Below, one piece after another: positions 41,917 to 56,499 of a stretch of 64,000 nucleotides of DNA. Numbering within the stretch: the stretch's first letter is position 1; every line of letters starts with the position of its first letter. Below the pieces are notes generated by a model. It saw nothing but the letters and a program-made list of their open reading frames with translations, was not told where the DNA came from and did not search any database. Both the position numbers and the translations under genes were made by a program. The DNA comes from Eledone cirrhosa (Eukaryota), in the NCBI GenBank assembly GCA_964016885.1, contig OZ024742.1, forward strand, positions 181,350,001 to 181,414,000, given 5' to 3'.

Positions 41917-42341
41917 ACATTAATCAACAGAGTACTCAATACTTAGGGTAGTAGAGTATGGTTATATTATATAGAGTCAGGACCCCAACGGCTGAGCTCT
42001 TGCCATTTCAACAGCTAGGAAACAGCAAGAGCTCAGCCGATTGAACAGGGATTTTGAAAGTAGAAATAGGTAGTAACTTAACTACTACTATGCTAATCGA
42101 TACATCAATCTCCATCTATCAATTAACCCTCTGAAAGGATCATAAAACAATGAACTATCTACCTACCTATTACTGACTTCCAGTTTTTATTGGCCTATGC
42201 ACAAACACATATATGTATCATCATCATCATTTGTGTTTTTAATGTCAATGTTTCCACACTTGCATGGGTTAGACAGGTCATCCATGCAGGGAGATAAATC
42301 TGGCCAGTGTTGGCCATGTGTCGTATATATATATATATATA

Positions 42342-42962
42342 CTAGCAGATGTACCCGGCGTTGCTCGGGAAATGAATGACAGCCTGTTTGTCCGTATAAA
42401 GAGAGCCAAAGGTTGAGCAAAGAATTGAAATGTAATTGTAAAAAAAATAAAGTTTAACAAAATTGGGTGTACAGTGACATGATTGAGTGAAATAAACGGC
42501 AACATAAAAACAATTCATGGGGTAGCTTGAGTTAATTGATCTGAATGATTTCAGATCAGGCCTTGCTGTAGTAGGTATGAGTAAGGGGATAAAGATGGAA
42601 TAGACGCACCGTATGTTCAGTAGACTAAACCCTATGCGTAAGATGGCACTGCCACTACCACGTTGACCATCCACTGGACATAGAAATATCATTCCTTGAA
42701 GCAAATCGGCCTAGTACTTCAAAAGTTATAAGGAGCCTAGTATTTGTACACAGACAGATACACACACACAAAATCGATTTTTCGACCCAATATCGATTTC
42801 TTTTCAAATTTGTTTTTGTCCAAAACCTGCTCTGGCATATAAGCAATACGTGTGCCAAATCTGGTTGAAATCGGCCTAGTACTTCAAAAGTTAAAAGGAG
42901 CCTAGTATTTGTACACAGACAGACACAAACACACACACGCAGACTTGCTTATATATATATAG
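42342..42962 (-). mobile_element. Non-autonomous Helitron-like element
   Basis: Minus-strand 3' end CCCGAGCAACGCCGGGTACATCTGCTAG|T (hairpin + CTAG); internal direct duplication 42704-42770/42869-42938. Confidence 0.75.
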
Positions 42963-43184
42963 TTGATAAATGAAACAAAACAAACACACGAATGCAAAAA
43001 TACAAAGTCATATTAGGTTCACACTTAGAGAGAGTGGAATATGTACACACACACACACACATATATATTGCAACGTGAAATAAAGTGTCTTGCTCAAGGA
43101 CATAACGCATCGCCTGGTCCAGGAATCGAACTCACAACCTCACGATTGCGAATCCAATTCTCTAACCACTCAGCCACACGCCTT

Positions 43185-43230
<46 letters not shown>

Positions 43231-43469
43231 CTCACCAACCCACATGTATATATAATTGCGTGTGCATGTAAATATTCAATAAAATATCTACACCAATTAC
43301 TAATTATTTTCCAGGGTGTCACTGTCTATTATGTCCATATATCCAATTATATACTGATATTAAATGTTCATTAGATAAAAAGGTTTCACCATTGTCACGA
43401 CTCAGCCACATTGTCATAAGGTGTAGAAACAATAGTCAGACTACAGTGATATGTAGAGAAAGACTAGAT

Positions 43470-44088
43470 AAATCCATTAGTATATAGAAATTAGTAGAAA
43501 TTAAATCAATATTTTGATATATCTAACCAACAACAATTCCAGAGCATAATAGAGTGTGACATACATATCATCATTTCATTTTACGTCCACTTTTCCCTGC
43601 TTGCAAGGGTGGGATGGGAACTGATCCTGGCTTGATTTCTACAGCTGGATGCCCTTCCTAACACCAACCTCATTTACAGTGAGTGCTGGGTGCTTTTTTG
43701 CCGTGGCACCTCCACGACCACTTTGCAGTAAACTGGAGCAATGCTCAATCGAAAGGTTGTGAGTTCAATTCTCAGACCGCGTGATGTGTTGTTTCCTTGA
43801 GCAAGACACTTTATTTCACATTGCTCCAGTTTACTGCAAAGTGGTCGTGGAGGTGCCACGGCAAAAAAGCACCCACCACTCACTGTAAATGAGGTTGGTG
43901 TTAGGAAGGGCATCCAGCTGTAGAAATCAAGCCAGGATCAGTTCCCATCCCACCCTTGCAAGCAGGGAAAAGTGGACGTAAAATGAAATGATGATATGTA
44001 TGTCACACTCTATTATGCTCTGGAATTGTTGTTGATTAGATATATCAAAATATTGATTTAATTTCTACTAATTTCTACATACTAATGG

Positions 44089-44092
<4 letters not shown>
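43470..44092. repeat. Inverted duplication (~274-bp arms) of SINE plus flank
   Basis: 43470-43743 vs 43819-44092; spacer is SINE head sequence. Confidence 0.92.
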
Positions 44093-44133
<41 letters not shown>

Positions 44134-44372
44134 TCTCCAAGACAATGTCACTGGACCGAGACCTTTGGCGGTACTCAGTAATAGAGAAGACCCGCCTTAC
44201 CTAAATACAAAGTAAAACCTACTACAGTCAGTAGGCATCTCTAACAAAATACACCCCCATCCCACCACCCCCACCCCATCCACACCGCCCCTTTCAATGT
44301 AAAGTTATGTTGGTGCCACAACATCCAGGCCGAAACAATTGAGATCGTGTAGGTGTCACGACAAAAAACACA

Positions 44373-44708
44373 CAGTCCACGCTGTAATGTGGCCGTGTAG
44401 GCAACACAGTAAAAACCTCCCAGCCCCACACTGTAAATGTGGTTGGTGTTAGGAAGGGCATCCAGCTGTAGAAAACCCGCCAGACAGTCCACGCTGTAAT
44501 GTGGCCGTGTAGGCAACACGGTAAAATCCTCCCAGCCCCACACTGTAAATGTGGTTGGTGTTAGGAAGGGCATCCAGCTGTAGAAAACCCGCCAGACAGT
44601 CCACGCTGTAATGTGGCCGTGTAGGCAACACGGTAAAATCCTCCCAGCCCCACACTGTAAATGTGGTTGGTGTTAGGAAGGGCATCCAGCTGTAGAAAAC
44701 CCGCCAGA
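44373..44708 (+). repeat. Three tandem 112-bp units within an RTE-tail element
   Basis: Unit starts at 44373, 44485, 44597. Confidence 0.92.
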
Positions 44709-45195
44709 CAGTCCTATGCGAGCAAGACAATCACTCTTGCCTCAAGTGGGAAAACCCCCGTCCAAACCCATGCAAGCGTGGAACACGGACGTTAAACGTT
44801 GATGATGATGATGATGATGATGCATGTATGTATGCACATATTTATGTACCTTATATATTATAAAGAGAGATGGTTTTAAGTATACATGCTCTGTTTATTA
44901 TATAATCCTGTAATACGTATTTCAAAGACATCAAAATGATTGTATAATAACCCTTTCACATGTTTTCGTTAAAATGGTGTTAAGTTGTAATGCTTTTGTC
45001 TCTAATATGCCTGCTACAAATGATATGCTCACTTGTATTGGGACAGCTATCATCATGTTTCTAACTAGGGTGACATATCAAAGTACTAACATGTATTTGA
45101 TGGGCATACTAATTTGCATATATTTATACACATTCATAGTCTTGGTTACACACTCTGTATTTATATATATGTATATCTATCTATCTATCTATCTA

Positions 45196-45228
<33 letters not shown>

Positions 45229-45236
<8 letters not shown>

Positions 45237-45552
45237 AGATCAAAAGATGGTTAAAGGAGTTCCATGTATTTTATTATGCGCATTTCAAAAACAAACATCA
45301 TCATGCAATAATATTTGTGTTTTCATCAGATAAAACAGGAGAACATGATATGAAGGCTAAAAAACACTTGTGGATAGTGCAGTTTTAAATCAACATATCT
45401 GCACTATCCACAAGTGTTTTTTAGCCTTCATATCATGTTCTCCTGTTTTATCTGATGAAAACACAAATATTATTGCATGATGATGTTTGTTTTTGAAATG
45501 CGCATAATAAAATACATGGAACTCCTTTAACCATCTTTTGATCTTATATTAT
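45229..45552. repeat. Inverted repeat (154-bp arms, 16-bp spacer), no mismatches seen
   Basis: 45229-45382 vs 45399-45552; HHR in each arm; left end abuts (TA)n. Confidence 0.93.
45446..45512 (+). ncRNA. Type I hammerhead ribozyme (mirror copy at 45269-45335, minus)
   Basis: TTTTAT-CTGATGA-AAACACAAATATTAT...ATGATGATGTTTGTTTTT-GAAA-TGCGCA-TA-ATAAAA. Confidence 0.85.
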
Positions 45553-46149
45553 GTATACTCCAGTCCTACAAACTGTAGAGTGCTTCTTATCCGATATCTG
45601 CATTGCTTTATTGTACTACAATAAAACTCACCTCCTACATATATATATATATATATATATATGAAAGACGTAAAATAAGAAAATTATAAAAATTAACTTA
45701 CTTACTATAATTGTTCTGCATCCCCTTGCATTAAACCACAAAATTACTAAAACAAAACCTAAATATTTGCTTGCATAGGTATGCATCTGTATACATATGT
45801 TGGTAGATATACTAATTCTTTATATATATATATATATAGATAGAAATAAAAAGTAGCACACCAGAAAATATATGTCAGGTTATACCATGAAAAAAGCACC
45901 CAGTACAACCTGTATAAAGGTAGCGCCTGTATTGCAATAAAATGCACCCAAACCACATTGTAAACTAATAATACTGATGCCACAGTAAAATACACCCAGT
46001 AGATTCTGCAAGGGGGTTGTTTTTAGGAAGGGCATCCAAGTGTGGAAACCATGCTAAATATGTTACATATAAATAAGATGTGGTCCCTCCAACTCAGCTG
46101 ATTTGGATTGTGATAACTTGTTCAGCCTGTATTAATGTAGAAAACGAAC

Positions 46150-46525
46150 ATATGATGATGATGAGGATGATGATGATGACAACTGTGGTAATCGCAGTGA
46201 TGATGATGAAGGTGGTGGTGGTGATTGGGGTTCTGATGAAGATGATGATGAAATGATATTGATGACGATAAAGACAATGATGACGATGGTGGAAATGATG
46301 ATGATGATGATGATGATGATGTCAATTGTACTGATGGTAATGATGATGGTGGTGATATTGAGGATGATGATGATGATGATGATGATGACACTGATGACGG
46401 TGATGATGGTGCTGATGGTGGTGGGAATAATGATGACGGTGATGATATTAATAGCAGTGAGGATGATATTGATGATGATGAAAATAACTTTACTACCAAC
46501 CTTAATGTTATTAGTGATGCTGAAG
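46150..46525. repeat. (GAT/GGT)n low-complexity tract
   Basis: Direct inspection. Confidence 0.9.
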
Positions 46526-47897
46526 ATAAAGTGATTTTCACGATGTGTTTGTGTTTAGTTGTTTGAGTTTTGTCTGTTTCTATAGTGAGATGTAAAATGA
46601 AACATTCTCTGCAGTCATTTAAATGATTAAATCAATGTTTTTAAGTTTTAACCAATTGTCTCAGTGGAGTATCTCTGTGAAATATCCCCTCAAACATATA
46701 GTCATTCATCAAAATAAACTTCTGTCTCATTTGATTCTAAATTTGCATGACACACAGCCAGTAACGAAGAACTAAAATGGTTTAACCTTTTTCTTACCAA
46801 CCTGTCCAAAACCTGCTCTGGTTCTATGAAACAAAACCATACATTTAAAATAAAATCTTCCAACAAATTTATATAAGAACCATACATTAAGTTACTATCT
46901 TAATAATTATTTCTACTTTTGGCACAAAGCCAGCAATTACCCAGTACATTACTGGTACTTTATTTTATCGACCTCGTAAGGATGAAAGGCAAAGTTAACC
47001 TCGGCGGGAGTTGAACTCAGACCGTAAAGGGACGTAACTATGCTGGAAAGCATGGCGTCCGACTCTCTACCGATACTGCCAATCCACTGCCCTTAGTTAC
47101 TATCTTAATAATGAGATAATTAATAATTTTATTAAATCCCTCAAAATTCTTTATTAATTAATTGAAACAGCATGTATTTCATTAGACATACAATCACAAA
47201 ATGGTTAACTCTTTTGATACTAGACCACCTGAAATGGTCCCTTATTCTATGATACAAAGTTGTATAATTTTAAAATGCTTATCATCATCAACGTTTAAAG
47301 TCCTTTTTGCCATGCTAGCATGGGTTAGATGAGTTGTCCCATTGTGAAATAAGCTAGATCAGATGACCATGTCTTGCTCATACAAAACTGATTTCGGATT
47401 GGTTTCTACAGCTGGATGCCCTTCCTAACACCAACCACATTATCTCAAAACTTTCCATCATAATTTTATGTAAGAGTTATGTCCCACACACCAGATTAAT
47501 AATGAGAAAGTTAGTCATATTACTATAATCTTTCAAGTTCTTGATTATTTTCAGAATAATTTGTAAAGCAGTGTCTTTCCTTAGAATTGTGGTGTCAGAA
47601 GGCTTGATACTTAAAGTATTGGAACTAAACCACAAGCTCATAAAATTCAAACTTCTAGGTAACTGATGGCAGACTGTCTGTCATCCTTGTCATCTCTTTT
47701 ATATTTGCTTTACTATGCTGGCATGAATTGGATGTTTATTAATTAATTAATTAATTATTTTTTCGGGGGGGGGGGGGGGGGTCAGTGTTTTACAACTCTT
47801 CCTGGTGCCAACCCTCCTAGTTGTTTTTTTCAACATATCTGTATTGGAAACAATTATTATTGAGAGAGTGTTGAAGTTTGCTTGAAGCATTGTGGAA

Positions 47898-48300
47898 TAA
47901 TAAAAATAGTCGTTTTGGAAGCCTCAACAATGCAGATGGGTAAATCACCGGGCAACAGAATCAGGTGGTAATGAGAGAGATGTAAGAGGAAGTCTAGAAA
48001 GAGACATAGTGTTGTGCACACATGGTAAACAGCGAAGGCCATGTGTTGTCCTTCTCCGACACAACTTTTTCCCCTCGGAAAACCCCCAGTTGATGGATGT
48101 GAAATCCGAAATATAGGGATTATTAAATCACTTCCAAAGTAACTCTATCTCGTTTTTACACTTTTCCTACGTTTTTTTACGCTCTCTACGTCTCTTTCTA
48201 TGCTTGCTCTTACATCTCTCTCTCTCATTACCACCTGATTCTGTTACCCGGAGATTTACCCATCTGCACTGTTGGGCTTCCAAAACGACTATTTTTAATT
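47898..48300. repeat. Inverted repeat (~110-bp arms) with HHR-like remnant in the spacer
   Basis: 47898-48006 vs 48190-48300; CCC-CAGTTGA-T-GGAT-GTGAA-ATCC-GAAA-TA-TA-GGG at 48084-48118. Confidence 0.75.
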
Positions 48301-49769
48301 ATTTAAAAAAAGTTATTTGATAGGCAATATCACAGAGTATCAGTCAACATGCTTTACAGCATATAGTTATGGCCCTTCACAATCTGACTTCAAAGGCTGC
48401 CAGGGTTAACTTATGGGGGTCAATAAAATAAAACACCAGTTATGTACTTGGGTCAATTTATTTGATCGTCTCTTTCCTTGCAAATTCCTGGGCTTGTGCC
48501 AAATGTAGAAACAATTATTTAGTAAAGTCTGCAATGTAGTGGAAAGAAATTAATATTTTAAAATCCATCTTGGTACTTCTTACAGTTAGCCAGAAGAAGT
48601 TCGACTTGTTGAAATATGTACCTCCAGAATACCAGTACTAATTTTAAAATTCGCATCATATTAGTTGATTGTAAAATCCCTAAATTTTTTTACAAGATTG
48701 TGAGCTGTGTAGAGATATGAAAATTAGCATTTTTAGTAAAGCCTCTCTCTGGAAATTAAATAGTTAAACTTTAAGGATAGCATTGAAAATAGTTTTCTTT
48801 CTCCTTGAAGAAAGTGCTTGCTCAAAATGTTAGTACTCAAGGCTCTAGATGACTTAAACACTATTACTTGCTCATAGAATGTGGTTTTAACTGTTAACAT
48901 CAGGTAATAATTTAGCAAAAAATATCTGAAAACAATATTGTTAATTCAATGTTTATAATATCTTTACAACTGATAAATTGTGAAAATTTGCAGTAAACTA
49001 AAGAATTTAATTTTTAATCAATTTGATCTTTTCAAGTATGTCTTGTGAATGTGGTTTCATGTGCTACATCGACTGCTGGAACATCTGTTTTTGAGGTACA
49101 TTTTAACATTTGATGTTATAGTTCCCATATCTGTTTGTGATTGATGCCTGGAAGTTTTGGCTTAGTGGTTAGAGAATTAGATTTGCAATCATGAGGTTGA
49201 GAGTTTGATTCCCGAACCAGGTGATGTGTTATGTCCTGGATCAGGACACTATTTCATATTGCTCTTTCTGCCAGGAGTTACAACTGATAGATATTATCAG
49301 CAATGGAAAGACCAATGGAAACATTGTTTACTTGGTTCAATTTGAAAAGTTCCACCCATCTCAGTATGCAAATGAGGTCTGAGATCTTGATTATATTTCA
49401 ACACAAGGACAATTTTGATAAGATATAGGGGTATATATTCTTTTATTCATAATGGTTTTATTCATTTGACTGTGACCATGCTGGAGCATATTCTTCTGCG
49501 ATATAGACAATTATATCAACCCCAGCAGTTATTTTATTGATTGCTACACATTTTTATTGATTCATAAGTGTGAAAGACAAGTCGAATTTTAGTGTAAATT
49601 GATCTCAGAATGTAAAGAGATATAACCGAACACCACAAGGTATTTTGCGCCATTTTAGCCAGTATCAGGTCAAAATAATTGAGACTGGAGAAATAAAAAA
49701 GAAACTTAATCTAACACATTTAGAACAGAGAAGATAGAGGGAAATAACTAAATAGTCTTAGTCTTATCA

Positions 49770-50292
49770 TCATCACCTCACAGTAACACCAACATAATCA
49801 CCTCACAATACACCAACATTATTATCTCACAACACAACATAATCACCTCACAATATATCAACATTATCATTCACAATACATCAACATTATCATTCACAAT
49901 ACATCAAAATTATCATTCACAATACATCAAAATTATCACCTCACAACACACCAACATTATAACCTCACAACACACTAACATTACATCTCACAATACATCA
50001 ACATTGTCACTTCACAACACACCAAAATTATCACCCCACAACACACTAACATTACATCTCACAATACATCAACATCGTCACCTCATAACACACCAACATT
50101 ATAACCTCACAACACACTAACATTACATCTTACAATACATCAACATTGCCACTTCACAACACACCAAAATTATCACCTCAAAGTAACACTTATATCATCA
50201 CCTCACAATACACCAACATTACCTCTCACAATATACCAACATTATCCCCACACAATACACCAATATTATATCTCACAATATACCAACATTAT
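49770..50292. repeat. ~21-bp minisatellite (CACCTCACAATACACCAACATTAT-like)
   Basis: About 24 degenerate units. Confidence 0.9.
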
Positions 50293-52408
50293 CAGTTATA
50301 TTCCAACGTTTAGCATTTACATTACTTTATAAATACTATTGTATTTTTGCGGTAAATGCTTTATCTCACATAGTATCTCACATAATATCAAATCTAAGTG
50401 ATTTTGCTATTATTTATTTTGAGAACAATACTTTAACATTAGTATGTGTGGCCAGTTATAGCTGGTTTGAACAGAAAGAGGTGAGAGAATTCTGGCCAGG
50501 AACAGCCAGTTTAAATGCTAAAGGGTTAAGTTAGAAGATTGACACAATTCAAAGTTGAGTGAATTCAAATACCAAAGTTTAGCACCATAAATCACTTAGA
50601 CTAATGCCCTTACATATATAATTAATTCTTACAATCTGCAGATATCAGACAGTATTGTTCTCATAATGTACAAAAGACTGATTGTTTTGAATAGATAGAC
50701 AGATGCTGTAGATATGAGTTTGTCATGTTCTCATAATGAATAAAAGATTGGCAACTTTTTAACTGGACCTCCTGTCTTCCTAGACGGGACTGGAGCCACA
50801 TCTTGCTTATATATATTCCAGTTTGAGAGAAATTGGGTGGGAATTAAGTAGAAATTTAGAAGTCAGTCAGATGGATTGTACATGTAATTCAAAAGACCAG
50901 CCTTGCCACATAATGTTTCATGCAATTTTTGTTTAATACAATTTACATGAGAAAAGCATCAGTAAGATATATATGCATATGCAATCTTTAAAACTTGAAT
51001 TATTTTTGAATGGGAAGGATGTAGAGTGTAGGAACATTTGTAAATAATAAATACTGTCAATTGCCTGAACTTGAATGTAAATACAACCAGAATTAAATCA
51101 AAGCCAACCAGGAACCTAAGCAAATATAAACCATATACTTTCAATCAACCCAAACACCAGATCCAGATTGTTCAAGGAAGAGGTAAACCACGTATGTCCT
51201 TCTATGTCTACACCTCCTTCTAAATCAATCACCTACTCACACTAATTACTGGTATGGGGATAATGGATTAATTAGGCTGCAACCATCATATTACATAGTT
51301 TTGATATAATAAAATCTGGAGTGACTATGATCCAATGACAATTGCTCATAGCCAACAGAACCCTTAGGAACTATTACTGAACCAAACCTCTTAATAATCT
51401 GACCCAGCACATTGATTATAATTTTGTGTTCAAATAACAGACTCTGAAATAACCCAACTCAGCCAAGACCTTACAGTGAGAAGCAGGCCCTCAGCCCATC
51501 TGAAATATCAGTAGTTCTAATTAAGTACTGACTTGATCTGTGGAGACTTATCCAAACCTTGCTAGCAGGAAAAAAAAACCAACATTAAATGATGATGATG
51601 ATGATGATGAATATGATGATGATGTGATGATGAGGATGATGGTGATGGTGATGATGACAGCAACAACAATGATGGAGTGGTAGAAACAGAGAAGATCATG
51701 ATTATTATTAGGTTGCAGGTTTGTGAGTTAAATTTGAACATGAAATTCACTTCAAAATAGAAAAATATTTCAATAAATTCTTCTTTAAGAAATGTGTCTC
51801 TATTTGCATATTCCATTTAATTGTCAAATGGAAAAATAATCCATTGAGGAATTATCATGTTCAGTATTTTGCTAGATGTATGGACAGTCTGTCTGACCCA
51901 GCAATCTTTGTTCTATTTTAAATGGATTGATAAAAGCAAATTAGTAAATTCACTCATGTGAATCTTGAAGTCTTTATTCACCTCTATCAAAATATTATCC
52001 ACCCCTTGTGATCTACATGGACCTGTTTGAAAAGTCCTGATTTAACCTCTCAGCTATAAATAAACTATTAATTTAAAGTTAAAATTTTACCAAGCCTGGA
52101 GTCTCATCAGGCAAGAGATTATATTGGTTACCTTGCTAATAAAATGATTCAAAATACAAGACTATCCTCTCCACAAGAGGCCAGTCAATTGCAGCTACTG
52201 CTGTAGGTTTCAATTTCAATTTTTCCACTGAACAAACTAGAACAAAGTGAAATTAAGCTTTCATGCTCAAAGTTACAATGTGCAGCCTTGTCATAGAATC
52301 AAACCTAATAGACCATGCAACTTCACATAAATAGACTTGGTGTCTATATAGCTTATCTGCCTGCTATGAACATAATAGCTGTCATTATAAAATGACGGTC
52401 ATTATAAA

Positions 52409-52600
52409 AGGGCGGTGGATTGGCAGTATCGATAGAGGGTCGGACGCCATGCTTTCCAGCATAGTTACGTCCCTTTACGATCTGAGTTCAAATCCCGCCG
52501 AGGTTGACTTTGCCTTTCATCCTTACGGGGTCGATAAAATAAAGTACCAGTAATGTACTGAGTAATTTGCTGGCCTTGTGCCTAAAGTAGAAACAATTAT
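52409..52600 (+). mobile_element. tRNA-derived SINE family A (MetaSINE-like core). Other copies 142-335, 8498-8680, 15745-15931, 28298-28478, 46905-47092(-), 48320-48520, 63383-63561
   Basis: TGGCAGTATCGGTAGAG A box, GAGTTCAAATCCC B box, GCCTTTCATCCTTACGGGGTCGATAAAATAAAGTACCAG core, AGTAGAAACAATTATT end. Confidence 0.88.
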
Positions 52601-53719
52601 AAAATACACCCAATACACTCTGTAAAGTGGTAGTGCTGCTGCCATTATAATATAGACCCAGTACACTCTGTAAATGGGAAGATATGAATCTGGCAAGCTA
52701 TAAATACAATAATCTAAGTAACTTTCACTAAGGTATGACATAGAAGTAAAGCAGGTAAAGGAGATATAGCTTTAATTCAAGGCTGTCAAAACTACAATAA
52801 TGAATGAATAGATATATATGACAGATAAATACAGTGATAAACTTGCAGACACACACACACATACATACATACACACACACACACAATAACATACGCATCA
52901 TCAACTTTTTACGGTAACTTTTCCATGCTGGCTTGAGTTAGACGAGACATTTGAGGCAATGCTTTAGACACTTTAGTTGTTTCTTGTAAAGTGGTCATGT
53001 AGGTGTCATGACAAAAAAGCACCCAGTCCTCACTGTAAGGTGGTCATGGAGGCACCATGGTAAAAAATCCCCCAGTACTCACTGTAAATGAGATTGATGT
53101 TAGGAAGGCATCCAGGTGTAAAAATCAAGCCAAAGTCAGTTCTGTATGAACAAGACATGGTCACTGACCTGGTATTTCCCAAAACAGGACAACTCATGTT
53201 GTGAGATAACTCATGTTGTGAGATATAGAGAGGGGGAGTGAATTTGGTGGTCTAATGAGAGAGAAGCAATTGTGAGAGAGAATGAGATATGTATTAGGAG
53301 AGGGAGAGAGTTGATTTATATATGTGTGTGTTTATATATATGTTTGTGTGTTTATATGTGTGTATGTGTATATATATGTGTGTGTACCTGCATGAATGAC
53401 CAAGCATAGATGAGTTGAGAAAGAAACTGGGTACAAGAGGGATAAGTTGTGGTGTGCAGGAGAGAAGGCTGAGATGGGATGGACATGTGATGCACATGGA
53501 GGATGACCGCTGGGTAAAGAAGTGCCAAGAAATCCCAGTAGAAGGAAGACGCAGTTGAAGTAGACCACGAAAAACATGGGCGGAGGTGGTGAGAGCAGAC
53601 CTCAGATCGCTGAAACTCACAGAGGAGATGACGAATGCTCAGCCAGTTGCACGTTAATTTCATGAGTAGGCTGTTCCATTGATATATATATATATATATA
53701 TAATATATATGTAATATAT

Positions 53720-54517
53720 ATCTATCTATCTATCTAAGGCGGGTAAAATTCCTAAGATCCATGGACGAGTTCTCTCCAGCGGTCTTTGTCCCTCATTATC
53801 GCTGCCATGTCCTGCATCTCCAACAGACCAGTGTCTGTCCTTAGGCCATCAACATACGTTAACCTTGGTCTTCCTCTTCTAGTGTGTCCATGTAGGGGCT
53901 CCCAAAGGAGCACTGAGTGCAATGTCAGCTCTGGATGTCGGTAAGTATGTCCAGCTAACCTCAGTCTCCTCTGTGTCACTTTTGAGCTGACTTTTGGGAT
54001 GCTCCCATACAGCTCTGAGTTTTTCATCCTCAGTGTATACTGATTAATGTTCAGAGCCATCCTCAGCATTCTCGTGTAGCACCCATCCACCATCTGAGTG
54101 AGTTTCTTGGTCAGTGTCCAAGTCCCAGACCCATACAGCAGAGTTAGGGCGAAAAAGGTATCGGATGCTGAATTTACTGACGACATAGTTTTGGTAACAA
54201 ATACAGTGAAGGAGGCAGAGGATTTGATGTGGGAGGTTGAGACTGTGTCGATGAGTGTGGGGCTGAGAATGAATGAGACTAAAACAAAATATCTGGTAGA
54301 GAATGTTGAGAAGCCAGAGGGGATCACTAATGTAGGTGGGAAGCCGGTAGAATTGGTTAAGGGATTCCTGTATTTGGGAGCAAAGATTGGGAATACGGAA
54401 GATGATGTGGTTGAGAGGAAGAGCAAGGCCTGGGCGGCGTGCCACAGCTTGAGATCGGTGTGGAAGTCGGACCTTCGTAGAGACCTGAAAATCCGCCTCT
54501 TCATTGCTGTAGTGGAG
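53720..54517 (-). mobile_element. RTE/RTEX-like LINE with 5' inversion
   Basis: Minus 54143-53752 LLYGSGTW...RRLRLAGH...RGRPRLTY with (TAGA)n tail; plus 54150-54517 EFTDDIVL...KTKY...FLYLG...FIAVVE. Confidence 0.85.
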
Positions 54518-54539
54518 TAATATATATATTTATATATAT

Positions 54540-54570
<31 letters not shown>

Positions 54571-55109
54571 CCATTTTACATCCGTTCTTCCACCTGGGTT
54601 AGACAGGTTGTCCTGTTGTGGGCAGTGTCCAGTCGGCTGACCTTGTCTTGTTCATACAGGAACTGATTCTGGCTTGATTTCTACAGCTGGATGCCCTTCC
54701 TAACACCAACCTCATTTACAGTGAGTGCTGGGTGCATTTTTGCTGTGGTGCCTACATGTCTACTTTACAGTGTAGGCTGGCTGCTTTTTGCCGTGGCACC
54801 TTCACGACCATTTTGCAGTGGAATGATAGGGATCCCAGTCCTATCATCTCATTTCTACAGCTAAGTAAACTGGAGTAATGTGAAATAAAGCGTCTTGCTC
54901 AAGGAAACAACACATCACCCGGTCTGAGAATTGAACTCACAACCTTTTGATTGCAAGCCCAATGCTCTAATCACTAAGCCATATGCCTTCACCATATATA
55001 TATATACTTGACCACCTGTGACCCGTTGGGTCATGCTCACTTGAAAATAATTTTTAAATAATTAAAATATACACAGACATTTATATAATGTAAAATGAAA
55101 TTGGAAGGC

Positions 55110-55201
<92 letters not shown>

Positions 55202-56499
55202 GTTTATAGGTGTATATATATATGTGGGTGTCTGTGATCTATATACACTGGTCACAGACACAGATATATTTATATACACACAAACATATGTAAACGTGTT
55301 TAGTGTTAGGAAGGGCATCCAGCCGTAGAAAACCTGACAGACAGCTCTATACGAGCAAGACAACCAATCTTGCCTCAAGTGGGACAATTCCCGTCTAAAC
55401 CCATGCTAGCGTGGAAGATAGACGTTAAATGATGATGATATATAGATACACACACACACACTTAGAAACCCTTCCTATTTAGCAGGAAATATTCGCTATC
55501 ACATATTTTATCCTAACACAAGTTTTATGATACATATGACTAAATATTCAGTCACCAAATTCGATCTAGATACAGTAATGCTGTATTTGATTAATTGAAG
55601 TCATGTGTTATAATTTCATTCAACAACACCAACAGCTCTCTCTTCCATTTCTTTCTCTGTCTCCTTCTCTCTATGGCTCTCTTTTAATCTACTCTCTCAC
55701 AACCACCATCTCTTTCTCTCTATCATTCTCTCTCTCCATTTATGAAGGTACCTGGAAAAATCCCATATCTTGAGAACCACTACTCCGATTTATACAAAAC
55801 TTGTTTTATCCCCTTAGTATTCCCATTTCAAGGACAACTTCCTATCAAAGTATTTTCTCATTATGTGCCCTTTCGGCTGTATTAAATTATGGACAAGCAC
55901 GCAATCACAGAGTTTTAGTAGTATATATATTATATATATTATATATGTATTATATATATGTCTAGAGCGGGTAAAATTCCTGAGATAATATATATATAAT
56001 GTTATATATATTATATAGTTTAAGATGTGTGGCTTAGTGGTTAGAGCATTGAGCGCACAATCATGAGGTTGTAAGCTCAATTTCTGGACTGTGTGGTGTG
56101 TTGTGTTCTTGAGGAAGACAGTTTATTTCACATTGCTCTAGTTCATTCAGCTTTTGTATTGGCCTTTGCCTTTTATTTAGATATCATCAGTGGTGTGGAG
56201 AGGGAAACTGGTATGCATGGCAACTGCTGATCTTCCAGAAACAACTTTACCTGGGCTTGTGCCACAAAGAGGGGGACTTTCTAGGTGCAAATTCCTTGGT
56301 CATTCGTGACTACATGTAGTATCATTATGTTTATTCACATGTGACATGGTATTGCGATTGATCAGCTAAAGGTGTGATTGGGATTGATTGCAGCTGATTT
56401 TGGAATTGATAGCTCATCACAAATTGAGCTCTAACCATTAAGCCATGCATCTAACGTATATATGTATATAAATTTTACATATATATATACATATCATCA

